A stretch of DNA of 57,382 bases from an uncultured Bacilli bacterium (GCA_944358865.1 CALVRV010000006.1:1-57382), one strand, 5' to 3'. Positions 28,607-39,022 are shown, counted from the stretch's first letter. Numbers and translations are program-made. Notes: generated by a model from the sequence alone, not told the origin.

Positions 28607-29755
28607 ATGTTAATACAACCACTTAGTGATTCTAGTATCGACCCTCTGTCTAGCCTGACTGATGTTAATCCAGGGGCTTTTGGAATGCCAGATTGGCTAA
28701 GCTGGACCATTATAGCAATTTTACTTCTTGTCAGCGCGTTATTTTCCGCTAGTGAAAACGCTTTTTCTAATTGCAATAAATATCATTTTAAAGTTCTTGC
28801 TGATCAAGGCAATCTTACTGCTAAAATTATTGTTCGATTAACAGAAAAATTTGAAGATACTCTTGTAAGTGTTCTTGTTGCTAATAATATTGTCCAAACC
28901 TTAATGTCAACAATAAGCGCTATTTTATTTTATAACATGTGTCGACAATGGGGCATACCAGAAGATTCACCAATTGAAGCTGTCTTATCAACTGTGGTTA
29001 TGGCCGCTTGTGTTTACATTATCAGCGATACATGTCCAAAAATTTTATCAAAATCAATTCCAAATCGTATGGCAGTAATTCTTGCGTGGCCTGATTTTAT
29101 TATTTCAATTATTTTATTTCCAATTATTCTTATTTTTAGAGGTATATTAAAACTTACCCATAAAATCTTTAAAATTAAAGATGAAAATATATTAACAAAA
29201 GAGGATATTTTAGAAAGTGTCGACGAAGCAATTTCTGATGAAAACATAAATAATGAAGAAGAACAACTTTTTGAAGAAAATGAAAAGAAAATTTTTAATC
29301 GCGCTTTTAATTTTGATACTATAACTATTAATCAAATTTTAACTAAAAAAGAAAATATTGTTTCTATTAATATTGACGATTTGACGGTTGAAAAACTAAA
29401 TGATTTTATCATGAAGCACAATTATTCACGTTATCCAGTTTATGATGGAGAATGTGATAATATCGTTGGAATTTTATCGATTAATACATATTTTAGCGAA
29501 TATGCAAGTGACCCACATCTTGATATTAGGAGTTGTTTAAGCGTTCCTTTATATGTTAATGATAATGATAAAATTGATGATATTTTAGATAAACTAAACC
29601 AAAAGAAAACTCATATCGCTTTAGTAAAAAATGATAAAGATAAACTAATTGGTATGGTTACAATGGAAGATATATTAGATGAATTAGTAAACACTAACGA
29701 TATAATTAGTTCCACCCAAAATAAAGGAGAAACAACAAATGATAGTAGCTTATAG
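28607..29755 (+). CDS. CNNM/CorB-like (DUF21 + CBS) transporter, short form
   Basis: SALFSASENAF, VANN, PK, YSRYPV, GMVTMEDILDELV; no C-terminal CorC domain. Confidence 0.85.
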   Translation: MLIQPLSDSSIDPLSSLTDVNPGAFGMPDWLSWTIIAILLLVSALFSASENAFSNCNKYHFKVLADQGNLTAKIIVRLTEKFEDTLVSVLVANNIVQTLMSTISAILFYNMCRQWGIPEDSPIEAVLSTVVMAACVYIISDTCPKILSKSIPNRMAVILAWPDFIISIILFPIILIFRGILKLTHKIFKIKDENILTKEDILESVDEAISDENINNEEEQLFEENEKKIFNRAFNFDTITINQILTKKENIVSINIDDLTVEKLNDFIMKHNYSRYPVYDGECDNIVGILSINTYFSEYASDPHLDIRSCLSVPLYVNDNDKIDDILDKLNQKKTHIALVKNDKDKLIGMVTMEDILDELVNTNDIISSTQNKGETTNDSSL

Positions 29756-31052
29756 TATTATCTTAGTTATCCTTTTGGTTGGATCTATCTTTTTTTCCAG
29801 CGCTGACATGGCTTATGGAAGTGCTAATTTAAATCGTTTAAAAAAAGATAAAGAACAACATCCAAAATCAAAAAATCGCGCTAGAGCTTTTAAACTTAGC
29901 AAAAATTATGATAAGACTATATCTACAATTTTATTATTTAACGATACAATTAATGCTGGTTTAGATTCTATTTCAACATTATTAGGTATTGCTATTGCTA
30001 TCCAATTTGGCTTTTCAGGTGATAGTTCTACTGCAGAAACATTTGGTCTTGTTGCCTCAATGTTAATGCTTGTACTTAAAATTATTTTTGGTGAAATCAT
30101 AGCTAAATCTGTCGGTAAAATTTATAACTATCGTATTGTTAATTGGTATTCGATGGCTATTAGTGTTTGTTATTATATTACTATTCCTATTACTTTTCTT
30201 GTTGGTGGTTTTGGTCAAATTGTAACTTATCCTGTTGTTCATAATGTTAAAGATATTCAAATTAAAGATGATGAAATTCATGAAATGATTGATGAAGGTG
30301 AAGAAAGTGGCGCTATCGATGAAGATAAAGCTGAACTTTTAAGAGGAACTTTAGATTTTACTACGACTGAAACTTATGAAATAATGACTCCACGCGCAAG
30401 AATATACGCTATTGATAAAAGTGATAAATTATCAGATATTTTAAAGGATGAGCGAACTTTTAAACATTCTCGTATACCAGTTTATGAAGATAACATCGAT
30501 AATATTATTGGTTATGTTAGAACTAAAGAATTAATTAGATTAAAATTAGAAAATCTTACTGAAGATATTTCAAATATTATTCAAAATATTAGTTTTTTTC
30601 CAAGAACGACAGAAATAAATGATGTTTATCAATACTTTAAATTAAATAAAAAACATATCGCTATAATTTTAGATGAATATGGAGGATGCGAAGGTTTAAT
30701 TACTTTAGAAGATATAGTTGAAGAAATTGTTGGAGAAATTTGGGATGAAACAGATGATCCTAATGAGCCTTACAGCGAAAGAAATGATGGGACATATATT
30801 GTCGATGGCGGCATGAATTTAGAAGATTTTTGCACTTTATTTGAATTAGATTATGATCAAATCGAAACAGAATATGTCACTATTGGTGGTTTTATTATCG
30901 AATTATTAGATGATAAATTTGCAAAATTAAATGACGTAGTTACTTATAAAAACTTAAAAATCAAAGTCATTGCCTTAGGCAAACATCATACAGTAAAAAA
31001 GCTTTTAGTAGAACCTTTACATGTAGATGAAAATCAAAACGAAAATGAATAA
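29739..31052 (+). CDS. CNNM/CorB-like (DUF21 + CBS + CorC_HlyC) transporter
   Basis: FFSSADMA, GEIIAK, IMTPR, HSRIPV, DEYGG.EGLITLEDIVEEIVGEIWDE, TIGGF. Confidence 0.9.
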   Translation: MIVAYSIILVILLVGSIFFSSADMAYGSANLNRLKKDKEQHPKSKNRARAFKLSKNYDKTISTILLFNDTINAGLDSISTLLGIAIAIQFGFSGDSSTAETFGLVASMLMLVLKIIFGEIIAKSVGKIYNYRIVNWYSMAISVCYYITIPITFLVGGFGQIVTYPVVHNVKDIQIKDDEIHEMIDEGEESGAIDEDKAELLRGTLDFTTTETYEIMTPRARIYAIDKSDKLSDILKDERTFKHSRIPVYEDNIDNIIGYVRTKELIRLKLENLTEDISNIIQNISFFPRTTEINDVYQYFKLNKKHIAIILDEYGGCEGLITLEDIVEEIVGEIWDETDDPNEPYSERNDGTYIVDGGMNLEDFCTLFELDYDQIETEYVTIGGFIIELLDDKFAKLNDVVTYKNLKIKVIALGKHHTVKKLLVEPLHVDENQNENE

Positions 31053-31127
31053 ATTCCACTTGAAATAAATTAATTGTTAATATAAGATAATTGTCGTGGT
31101 TAATCCACAACTCTTAATCAAAACGAA

Positions 31128-31153
31128 AAAGAGTGGTCTTCGGGCCACTCTTT
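31128..31153 (+). promoter_or_regulatory. rimP leader hairpin
   Basis: AAAGAGTGGTC-TTCG-GGCCACTCTTT directly upstream of the rimP SD. Confidence 0.7.
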
Positions 31154-31171
31154 GCTTTAAAAGGAGGTATG

Positions 31172-31636
31172 ATGAATCTTGAAATTTTAAAAGAAAAAAC
31201 AAAAAGCAAATTAAATGAACTTGGTTATGATCTTTTTCAATTTAAGATGACTCATAATAAAGATGGGGCAACGCTATCGATTGTTATTGATAGTCTTAAT
31301 GATGATGAAATTTCTATGGATGATATCGTTTCTGTCAGCGATAAAATTAATCAATTATTCGATGAATTAGATTTAATTGATTATGAATATGTCTTAGATA
31401 TCTCTTCTGTCGGTGCAGAAAAAGAAATTTCTATTGATAAATTAGCAAAATATATCAATAAATATTTACGTGTTCATCTTAAAAATCCAATCGATGGTGA
31501 AAATATTTATTTTGGAGATTTGATCGAAGTAAATGATAATTCAATTACTATCTCATATCGTCAAAAAACACGACTAAAGAAAATCAATATAATGATTGAT
31601 AATATTTATAAAATTAATAAAGCTATTAAATTTTAA
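31172..31636 (+). CDS. rimP: Ribosome maturation factor RimP
   Basis: Y.LDISSVGAEK motif; first gene of the nusA-infB operon. Confidence 0.9.
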   Translation: MNLEILKEKTKSKLNELGYDLFQFKMTHNKDGATLSIVIDSLNDDEISMDDIVSVSDKINQLFDELDLIDYEYVLDISSVGAEKEISIDKLAKYINKYLRVHLKNPIDGENIYFGDLIEVNDNSITISYRQKTRLKKINIMIDNIYKINKAIKF

Positions 31637-31647
31637 GGAGAATAAAA

Positions 31648-33336
31648 ATGGTTGATGAAAAACAATTTATTGAAGCGTTTAATGAACTAGAAATTAAATC
31701 TGGCATTAGTAAAGACGCTATATTAAACGCTTTAAAAGAAGCTCTTGATAAGGGTTTAAAAAAACAATTAGGTGGCGATGATGCTTATACTGAAGTTAAA
31801 ATTGATTCCGAAAATGGTAAAATTTCTTTATCACAATTAAAAAAAGTTGTCGCAGGTGAAGAAGAAGATGACTTTTTAGAAATCAATTTAGAAGATGCAA
31901 GAAAAAAATATCCAGATATTCAAGTTGGTGATTTTTATCGTATTGATTATAAATTAGATGATATTTTAAAAACATACGCACTTGTTGTAAAAAATGTTTT
32001 CAAACAAAAATTAAATGAAGCAGAAAAAGTTGCTTTATATGAAGCCTATAAAGATAAAATTGGAGAAATGATAACTGGTGTTGTTGATAAAGTTGAAGAA
32101 AGAGGATTGCAAGTAACTATTGCAAAAACTTCAATTTTTGTTCCACGTCGTGAATTAATAGGCGATGAAAAATTTTATCCAAAAGATGCGATTAAATTAT
32201 ATGTTTCTGGTGTTAAAGAAGATACAAAAGGAACTAAAATATCTGTTTCACGTTCTAATGAAGGATATTTAAAAAGAGTATTTGAAGAAGAAATACATGA
32301 AATATATGATGGCACAATAATTATTAAAGCTATTGCAAGAAAAGCAGGACAAAGAAGTAAAGTCGCTGTTTATTCAAATGACATTAATGTCGATCCAGCT
32401 GGTGCATGTATTGGCTCTAATGGAGCACGCATACAAAAAGTTGTCGCACAACTTGGAAATTCTAGCAGCAAAGAAAAAGTTGATGTTATCGAATATTGTA
32501 ATGATGATGCCTTATTTGTTATGGAATCTTTAAAACCTGCCGTAGTAGTGGGAATTGATATTAATAAAGAAAATAAGACCGCTACTGTAATTATTGCTGA
32601 TGGTAATTCTAATGTCGCTTTTGGCAAAAAGATGGTTAATAAAGAATTATCTGAACGTCTTACTGGTTATAAATTAACTTTAATTGAAGAAAGTGAAGCC
32701 AAAGAAAAACAAATTTCATATCAAAGTTATGAAGAAGTAGAACGTGCTTTTACCGATGCAAAACAAAAAGCAGTTGAAGAATTACTAGCGAAACAAGAAA
32801 AAGAAAATCATGAAAAAATTCTTCATAACACACAAGGTTATGTCGCACCAAATCAACGTCACTATGATGATACTATAAGCGAAGAAGAAAAAGAAATTTT
32901 AGAAGAAGTTGTCGATAAAGAAGAATTAACAACTGCTGTAGAAGAAGAAAAAGAACCTTCTACATTAAATGAAGAATTATCAACAAGTGAAGAAACAAAA
33001 GATGTTGCAAAACAAGAAGAAAACGAACTTGAAGATGAAAAAACAGCTGTTAAAACAACTACAACACTTGCTGATTTAGAAAAAGAATTAGCCTTAGAAT
33101 CACAAAAAGCTAAATCTAATCAATCAAAAGGCAAGAAAAAATCTAAAAAAGAAGAAGAAAATAGTGAAAATGTCGTTGTCAATAAAGTTGATCCTTCTCA
33201 AAGAATGTCTATCTACACTGATGAAGAATTAAAAGCTTTTGAAGAAGAAGAAGGAAACGAACTAAATCAAGATTACGAAGACGACGATTTTGACTACGAT
33301 GATTATGACGACTACTATGACGATGAAGGTAAATAA
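31648..33336 (+). CDS. nusA: Transcription factor NusA with long acidic tail
   Basis: S1 and KH domains (EIYDG.I.I..IARKAGQRSKVAV, DPAGACIG). Confidence 0.95.
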   Translation: MVDEKQFIEAFNELEIKSGISKDAILNALKEALDKGLKKQLGGDDAYTEVKIDSENGKISLSQLKKVVAGEEEDDFLEINLEDARKKYPDIQVGDFYRIDYKLDDILKTYALVVKNVFKQKLNEAEKVALYEAYKDKIGEMITGVVDKVEERGLQVTIAKTSIFVPRRELIGDEKFYPKDAIKLYVSGVKEDTKGTKISVSRSNEGYLKRVFEEEIHEIYDGTIIIKAIARKAGQRSKVAVYSNDINVDPAGACIGSNGARIQKVVAQLGNSSSKEKVDVIEYCNDDALFVMESLKPAVVVGIDINKENKTATVIIADGNSNVAFGKKMVNKELSERLTGYKLTLIEESEAKEKQISYQSYEEVERAFTDAKQKAVEELLAKQEKENHEKILHNTQGYVAPNQRHYDDTISEEEKEILEEVVDKEELTTAVEEEKEPSTLNEELSTSEETKDVAKQEENELEDEKTAVKTTTTLADLEKELALESQKAKSNQSKGKKKSKKEEENSENVVVNKVDPSQRMSIYTDEELKAFEEEEGNELNQDYEDDDFDYDDYDDYYDDEGK

Positions 33337-33595
33337 GAAAGAAATTTATCGTACATCCTTAGTGGATCATAAAATTTATCATAAAAAAGATTTGTTAAGA
33401 ATTGTTAAGACTAGACAAGGAGAAATTTTTGTTGATGTCGAGCAAAGCATCCTAGGAAGAGGCGCTTATATTTGCTATGATTTAAAAAAAGCATTAATAT
33501 TAAAAAGAAAGAAACTTTTAAATAAAGTTTTTAAAAAAGATGTAAGCGAACAAATTTATGATCAAATAATTGAAATTATTAAAGAAAGAGGGTGA
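33323..33595 (+). CDS. ylxR: YlxR/RnpM-family protein
   Basis: KKDLLRIV, GRGAYIC; lies between nusA and infB. Confidence 0.85.
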   Translation: MKVNKKEIYRTSLVDHKIYHKKDLLRIVKTRQGEIFVDVEQSILGRGAYICYDLKKALILKRKKLLNKVFKKDVSEQIYDQIIEIIKERG

Positions 33596-33599
33596 TTGT

Positions 33600-35435
33600 A
33601 TGGCAAAAAAGAATAACTCTACTCAAGAAAGAAAAGTAAATGTTTCTACAAAAGTAAGTTCTTCAAAAACAACTAGTAAAGTAAACAATGGTGTCTTTGT
33701 TTATACAGGCGCTATAAGTGTTAACGAATTAGCCAAGTCATTAAACATCATGCCGTCCGAAATTATTAAATATTTCTTTATGAAAGGCAAAATTTTAAAC
33801 ATCAATTCTTTATTAGATGATGAAATGATTGGAACAATTTGTTTAGAACACGGCTTTGATTTTCAAAGAAAAGAAGTTGTTGAAGCAGAAAATTTTGAAA
33901 ATTTACAAATTCGCGATAAAGAAGAAGACTTACAACCACGACCACCTGTAGTCACTATTATGGGGCACGTTGACCATGGCAAGACAACTTTAATAGATGC
34001 AATTAGAAATTCTAATTTAGTTGATTATGAAGTAGGTGGAATATCTCAAAGTATCGGTGCCTATCAAACTGAAATTAACAATAAAAAAATTACTTTTATT
34101 GACACTCCTGGGCACGAAGCTTTTACCGCTATGCGTTCAAGAGGTGCATCTGTTACAGATATTGTTATCTTAGTTGTTGCCGCTGATGATGGTGTCATGC
34201 CTCAAACAATAGAAGCAATTGACCATGCTAAAGCCGCTAATGTTCCAATTATTGTCGCAATTAATAAAATAGATAAACCAGGCGCAGATCCAAGCAAAGT
34301 TAAAAACGAATTGTTAGCCCACGATATAGTATTAGAAGAATATGGTGGTGATGTTATTGCTGTTGAAATAAGTGCAAAACAAAGAAAAAATATTGATAAA
34401 TTGTTAGAAACGGTTATTTTGGTTGCGGAAATGAGTCAATTAAAAGCTAATCCAAATCGTTACGCAATGGGGGTAGTTTTAGAAGCGGAATTAGATAAAC
34501 AAGAAGGTCCAAAAGCAACGCTTCTTATTCAAAACGGCACTTTAAAGACAAGTGATTATCTCGTTGCAGGCACCTGTTATGGTAAAGTTAGACGTATGAC
34601 TAACGAATATCGAAAAGTTTTAAATGCGGCTCTACCTTCCACACCAGTTGCGGTAATTGGTTTAAGCGAAGTACCACAAGCTGGGGATCGCTTTATGGCT
34701 TTTGAAAGTGAAAAAGAAGCTCGTGAAATCGCATTAAGAAGAAAACAAATTAAGGAATTAAAAGAAAAAAGAATGACTTCTGCTGCAACTTTAGAAGATT
34801 TATTCAATATGAAAAAAGAAGGCGAAATTCAAAATATAAATATTATTTTAAAAGCTGATTCTACTGGTAGTGCAGAAGCATGTAAAGCGTCACTAGAAAA
34901 AATAAATGTTCCTAATGTTAAAATTAATGTTATTCGCGCGACAAGTGGTGCGATTACTGAAAGCGATGTTTTATTAGCGAGTGCTTCAAAAGCAATAATT
35001 TATGGCTTTAATGTTAGACCCGATGCCAAAACTCGCGCGAAAGCTTTAGAAGAAAAAGTTGAAATTCGTTTGCAAAGAATTATTTATGCCTTAATTGAAG
35101 AAATTGAAGCGGCTGCAAAAGGATTATTAAAACCTGAATTAGAAGAAAAAATTATTGGTCAAGCTGAAATTAGACAACTATTTAAAGTATCTAAACTTGG
35201 CACAATTGCTGGATGTATGGTTGTCGATGGTCTTATTAAAGCTAATGATCCTATCCGATTAATTCGTGATGGAATTATTATTTATGAAGGCAAAATCGCT
35301 TCTTTAAGAAGAGGAAAAGACCAAGCAAGAGAAGTCGCTAGAGGATTTGAATGCGGCATTTTGATTGATGGATTTAATGATATTAAAGAATTAGATATTA
35401 TTGAACAATATGAAATGGTCGAGGTGAAAAAATAA
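33600..35435 (+). CDS. infB: Translation initiation factor IF-2
   Basis: [36 protein letters not shown]. Confidence 0.98.
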   Translation: MAKKNNSTQERKVNVSTKVSSSKTTSKVNNGVFVYTGAISVNELAKSLNIMPSEIIKYFFMKGKILNINSLLDDEMIGTICLEHGFDFQRKEVVEAENFENLQIRDKEEDLQPRPPVVTIMGHVDHGKTTLIDAIRNSNLVDYEVGGISQSIGAYQTEINNKKITFIDTPGHEAFTAMRSRGASVTDIVILVVAADDGVMPQTIEAIDHAKAANVPIIVAINKIDKPGADPSKVKNELLAHDIVLEEYGGDVIAVEISAKQRKNIDKLLETVILVAEMSQLKANPNRYAMGVVLEAELDKQEGPKATLLIQNGTLKTSDYLVAGTCYGKVRRMTNEYRKVLNAALPSTPVAVIGLSEVPQAGDRFMAFESEKEAREIALRRKQIKELKEKRMTSAATLEDLFNMKKEGEIQNINIILKADSTGSAEACKASLEKINVPNVKINVIRATSGAITESDVLLASASKAIIYGFNVRPDAKTRAKALEEKVEIRLQRIIYALIEEIEAAAKGLLKPELEEKIIGQAEIRQLFKVSKLGTIAGCMVVDGLIKANDPIRLIRDGIIIYEGKIASLRRGKDQAREVARGFECGILIDGFNDIKELDIIEQYEMVEVKK

Positions 35436-35773
35436 TGCCAAGATCTAGAAGTGACCATCTACAAGCCTTGTTAGCAAGAAACATATCTAAAATCATTCAA
35501 AGTGACTTAAAAAACCCTCATCTAGGCTTTCTTTCTATACCAGAGGTTAAAGTTTCTTCTGATTTAAGTTATGCAAAAGTATATGTATCCTTCTTTAAAA
35601 AAGAAGATATAAATAAAGGAATGCAAATTTTAGAAAAAAGTAAAGGATTTATAAGAAGTCAACTAGCAAAAATGATGGATACTAGAAGAGTGCCTTTAAT
35701 AAATTTTGTGCTAGATGATAGTTTTAATAAGACCCAAGAATTAGAAAAATTAATTGATAAAGTTAATCATTAA
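35435..35773 (+). CDS. rbfA: Ribosome-binding factor A
   Basis: SDLSYAKVYVS, KGFIRSQL, RRVPLINFVLD. Confidence 0.95.
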   Translation: MPRSRSDHLQALLARNISKIIQSDLKNPHLGFLSIPEVKVSSDLSYAKVYVSFFKKEDINKGMQILEKSKGFIRSQLAKMMDTRRVPLINFVLDDSFNKTQELEKLIDKVNH

Positions 35774-36963
35774 ACATTTAATTCCATTAAAATATGTTTA
35801 ATTTTTGCTTCATAAAATGGTTTACCAACGCATTTAAAATTATATTTAAGATATAAATTTCGGTAGCGGTATTGACTATGAAGACAAATAGTGATTGGGT
35901 TATAAAAATGTTTAATATATTTTATAAGATATTGTAATACTTGACTACCATAGCCTTTATTACGATATCTTTTTTTAATAGCAAAACGTTGTATATAAAT
36001 TCTTTTTTGTTCTTCAAATAGTTTTAAACGAAATGTCCCGATAATTTTATTTTTTAATAAAATAAGATAAGATTGACAATTTTCCTCTGAAACAACAAAT
36101 TCATCTTTAAAAGAAATATTTTCCTCTTTTATAAAAATATCATGTCTAATTTTTATTTCTTCAATGTAGTCAGCTTTTGTAAAAACTGGTTTTATTACTA
36201 ATCCTTTTTGATTAATTTGTTTTTCAATATGATAATTCCAAAGATCTTCTTTTGGGTCGTTTAATAAAGTTAAAAAATTCTTTTTAGCAGATGGAAACTG
36301 CTTATAAATATCATTTAATAAAACCTTAATTTCTTCCCTAGTTGTATTTTTATCAGCAGGGCATAAGCTAGTTAAGATAGGAATATTTTCTTCTTTAATT
36401 AATTTTTTAATATCATTTTCATTAACTAAACAAAATGGTCTTATAAAAGTAATATCATCTTTATCTAAAAGCATTTTTGGAGAAAATGTTGAAACTTTTG
36501 CAGAATATAACATATTCATAAAAAATGTCTCAATCGCATCATCTAGATGATGGGCAAAAGCAACTTTGTTAAATTTTATTTTTTTTGCCACTTTATCAAT
36601 AGAGGCTTTTTTCATTCTTGAACAAATTGAACAGGGAAGATGCTTTAATTTTTGTTTTTCTTGCTGAATTTTTAATATTTGATATACATTTTTATTATCT
36701 TCAATTATCAGTTCATAGCCTAAAGATTGACAAAATTGTTTTATTTTATCAAAATTACTATTTGGAAAGCCTAAATCTAATAAAACTGGCTGAATTTGAA
36801 ATTTTGTATGTTCAAATTTTTGATATATGGATAAACAATATAATAAAGCAAGAGAATCTTTCCCACCTGAAATTCCTACGACAACCTTATCACCTTTTTC
36901 AAATAAATTGTATTTTTGATCAGCTTGTCTAATGCACGCTAGAAGACTTCGAATTGCTTTCAT
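35770..36963 (-). CDS. ttcA: TtcA-like tRNA 2-thiocytidine synthetase fused to a C-terminal GNAT domain
   Basis: SGGKDS PP-loop, CSIC, AHHLDD.IET, IRP, LCPAD; C-terminal IR..IFIKE, RFAI...RNKGYG, FYEAKIKH. Confidence 0.8.
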   Translation of the reverse strand: MKAIRSLLACIRQADQKYNLFEKGDKVVVGISGGKDSLALLYCLSIYQKFEHTKFQIQPVLLDLGFPNSNFDKIKQFCQSLGYELIIEDNKNVYQILKIQQEKQKLKHLPCSICSRMKKASIDKVAKKIKFNKVAFAHHLDDAIETFFMNMLYSAKVSTFSPKMLLDKDDITFIRPFCLVNENDIKKLIKEENIPILTSLCPADKNTTREEIKVLLNDIYKQFPSAKKNFLTLLNDPKEDLWNYHIEKQINQKGLVIKPVFTKADYIEEIKIRHDIFIKEENISFKDEFVVSEENCQSYLILLKNKIIGTFRLKLFEEQKRIYIQRFAIKKRYRNKGYGSQVLQYLIKYIKHFYNPITICLHSQYRYRNLYLKYNFKCVGKPFYEAKIKHILMELNV

Positions 36964-37003
36964 AACGAAATAATTATATTATTTTAGAAAAGGAAAATAA
37001 ACT

Positions 37004-37885
37004 ATGGATGGAATGTTATTAATTGATAAACCATTAGATTGGACTAGTCAAGATGTATGTAATAAAGTAAAAAGAACTTTAAGAATTAAAAAAGTTGGCC
37101 ACTGTGGCACCTTAGATCCCTTTGCCAGCGGTTTAATGATTGTTTTATGTGGAAATGCAACAAAATTATTGTCCTATATTTTAACATTAGATAAAAAATA
37201 TATTGCAACACTAAAACTTGGAATTGAAACTGATACTTTAGATACTGAAGGAGAAATAATTAAAGAAGAAGAAGTTAAAAAATATACTTTAGATGAAATA
37301 AATAATGTATTAGATAGTTTTAAAGGACGTCAAAATCAAACACCTCCTAAATATTCTGCTTTAAAAATTGATGGAAGACCTGCTTATGAATATGCAAGAA
37401 AAGGTCTTGATATTAATTTAAATAGCCGTCCAATTAATATTTATGACGCTAAATTGATTAAATATGATGAAAAAAATGATGAAATAACCTTTTCTTGTCA
37501 TGTTTCAAAAGGAACATATGTAAGAACTTTAGGATTAGATATTGCTAAAAAATTAAAAACAATTGGTCATTTAAATTATTTAAGAAGAACTTATATTGGA
37601 AAATATAGTGTAGAAGATGCATTAAGTGTTGATAATATTGATCCTCGATATATGATTGACATTAACGATTGTTTAGATTTTTTTCCTAGTTATGTCATAC
37701 CAGAAAGAGAAAAATTTTTAGTTATAAATGGGCAAAGAATACAAATTTTAAATCGAAAAGAAAAACAAATTGCTATTTATGATTCTAATCATATTTTGCT
37801 TGCCATATATGAAAAAGAAAATAATGATACATACTATTGTTTAAGAGGCATAAATAATGGAAATAATAAACCTAAAAGAAAATGA
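37004..37885 (+). CDS. truB: tRNA pseudouridine-55 synthase
   Basis: KVGHCGTLDPFASG, PPKYSALK, SKGTYVRTL. Confidence 0.97.
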   Translation: MDGMLLIDKPLDWTSQDVCNKVKRTLRIKKVGHCGTLDPFASGLMIVLCGNATKLLSYILTLDKKYIATLKLGIETDTLDTEGEIIKEEEVKKYTLDEINNVLDSFKGRQNQTPPKYSALKIDGRPAYEYARKGLDINLNSRPINIYDAKLIKYDEKNDEITFSCHVSKGTYVRTLGLDIAKKLKTIGHLNYLRRTYIGKYSVEDALSVDNIDPRYMIDINDCLDFFPSYVIPEREKFLVINGQRIQILNRKEKQIAIYDSNHILLAIYEKENNDTYYCLRGINNGNNKPKRK

Positions 37886-38747
37886 TAATATTACATCTTT
37901 TCAAGATATTGTATTGTGTCTTGGCTTTTTTGATGGTGTTCATCTTGGACACCAAAAATTATTTGCCACGGCCAATAAATATCCTTATAAAAAAGGTGTA
38001 TTAACTTTTTATGGCAATTTTAAAAAAGCTAAATTGATTAACACTTTTCAAGAAAAGGTCATGCTTTTAAAACAATATGATATTGATTATCTTTTTGTTA
38101 TTGAAATAAATGAAAAATTAATTAAAACAACTTGTGAAGAATTTATAAAAAAATATCTTGCTCCTTTACATCCTAAAATAATCATATGCGGAGAAGATTT
38201 TCATTTTGGATACAATAACTGTGGTGATTGGCAATATTTAAAACAATTTTTTAATGTTGAAGTAATTCCTTTATTAAAAATTGATGGAATTAAAATTTCT
38301 TCATCTTTAATTCGTCAATTATTAAAAGAAGGAGAAATAGATAAAGTAAATAAATATTTAGGTCATAATTATTTTATTTTAGGAAAAATAAATAAAGGAT
38401 TAGGTAATGGAACTAAATTAGGATTTAAGACCGCAAATATTGATACAAGGGAAGGATATCAGATGTTAAAAAATGGTGTTTATCTTACTAAAGCCACAAT
38501 TAACAACAAAAAATATGATTCAATAACTAATGTTGGTGTCCACCCTAGTATTAGCAAATTAGATAAACCGATAATTGAAGTTCATATATTTGATGGTTTT
38601 GACTTTGATGTTGGTGATGAAATTTATTTAGAATTTGTATCTTTTATTCGAGATGAAAAACATTTTGAAAATGTTGATTTATTAAAAAAACAAGTGCTTT
38701 TTGATATTGATTTTGCAAAATCATATTTTAAGAAAAATCAACCTTGA
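37857..38747 (+). CDS. ribF: Riboflavin kinase/FAD synthetase
   Basis: GFFDGVHLGHQ, DFHFG, ISSSLIR, LGFKTAN, EVHIFD, IRDE. Confidence 0.95.
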   Translation: MEIINLKENDNITSFQDIVLCLGFFDGVHLGHQKLFATANKYPYKKGVLTFYGNFKKAKLINTFQEKVMLLKQYDIDYLFVIEINEKLIKTTCEEFIKKYLAPLHPKIIICGEDFHFGYNNCGDWQYLKQFFNVEVIPLLKIDGIKISSSLIRQLLKEGEIDKVNKYLGHNYFILGKINKGLGNGTKLGFKTANIDTREGYQMLKNGVYLTKATINNKKYDSITNVGVHPSISKLDKPIIEVHIFDGFDFDVGDEIYLEFVSFIRDEKHFENVDLLKKQVLFDIDFAKSYFKKNQP

Positions 38748-38763
38748 TACAACTTTTTATGTA

Positions 38764-38791
38764 TTTACAAAAGAAATATATTTAGTATAAT
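38764..38791 (+). promoter_or_regulatory. Sigma-A promoter upstream of the candidate sRNA
   Basis: TTTACA-16 nt-TATAAT. Confidence 0.6.
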
Positions 38792-38797
38792 AAAATT

Positions 38798-38909
38798 AAA
38801 GGAAGACAAGAAACGCAATGAAAGGATAGACGTTTCTAGTTTAGAAAACGATATATATATTCATGCGTTTCTTCTCCTTATTAATTATGTCCAATTTTTG
38901 GATTTTTTT
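38798..38909 (+). ncRNA. Candidate small structured RNA (rod-like hairpin), family not recognised
   Basis: AAGGAAGACAAGAAACGCAATGAA pairs with TTCATGCGTTTCTTCTCCTT; inner CGTTTCTA/TAGAAAACG hairpin; upstream promoter; downstream TCCAA/TTGGA plus T7. Confidence 0.5.
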
Positions 38910-38950
38910 ATTGCAATTAATCTATGATTAATGTAATATAGGCATTGCGA

Positions 38951-38995
38951 CTTATTCTAAGATTAATGAATCCTCAACGTTAATCATGGAATAAG
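38951..38995 (+). promoter_or_regulatory. rpsO 5' leader stem-loop (probable S15 autoregulatory element)
   Basis: CTTATTC/GAATAAG and GATTAA/TTAATC nested stems upstream of the rpsO SD. Confidence 0.55.
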
Positions 38996-39022
38996 CTAAG
39001 AATTTAAAAGGAGGAAAAAATC

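Noticed and set aside
38799-38879. SRP (4.5S) RNA or type I toxin assignment for the hairpin
   Set aside because: No GNRA/GGAA apical loop or AGCAG motif; the embedded ORFs are only 3 (MKG) and 7 (MNIYIVF) codons, too short for a membrane toxin.
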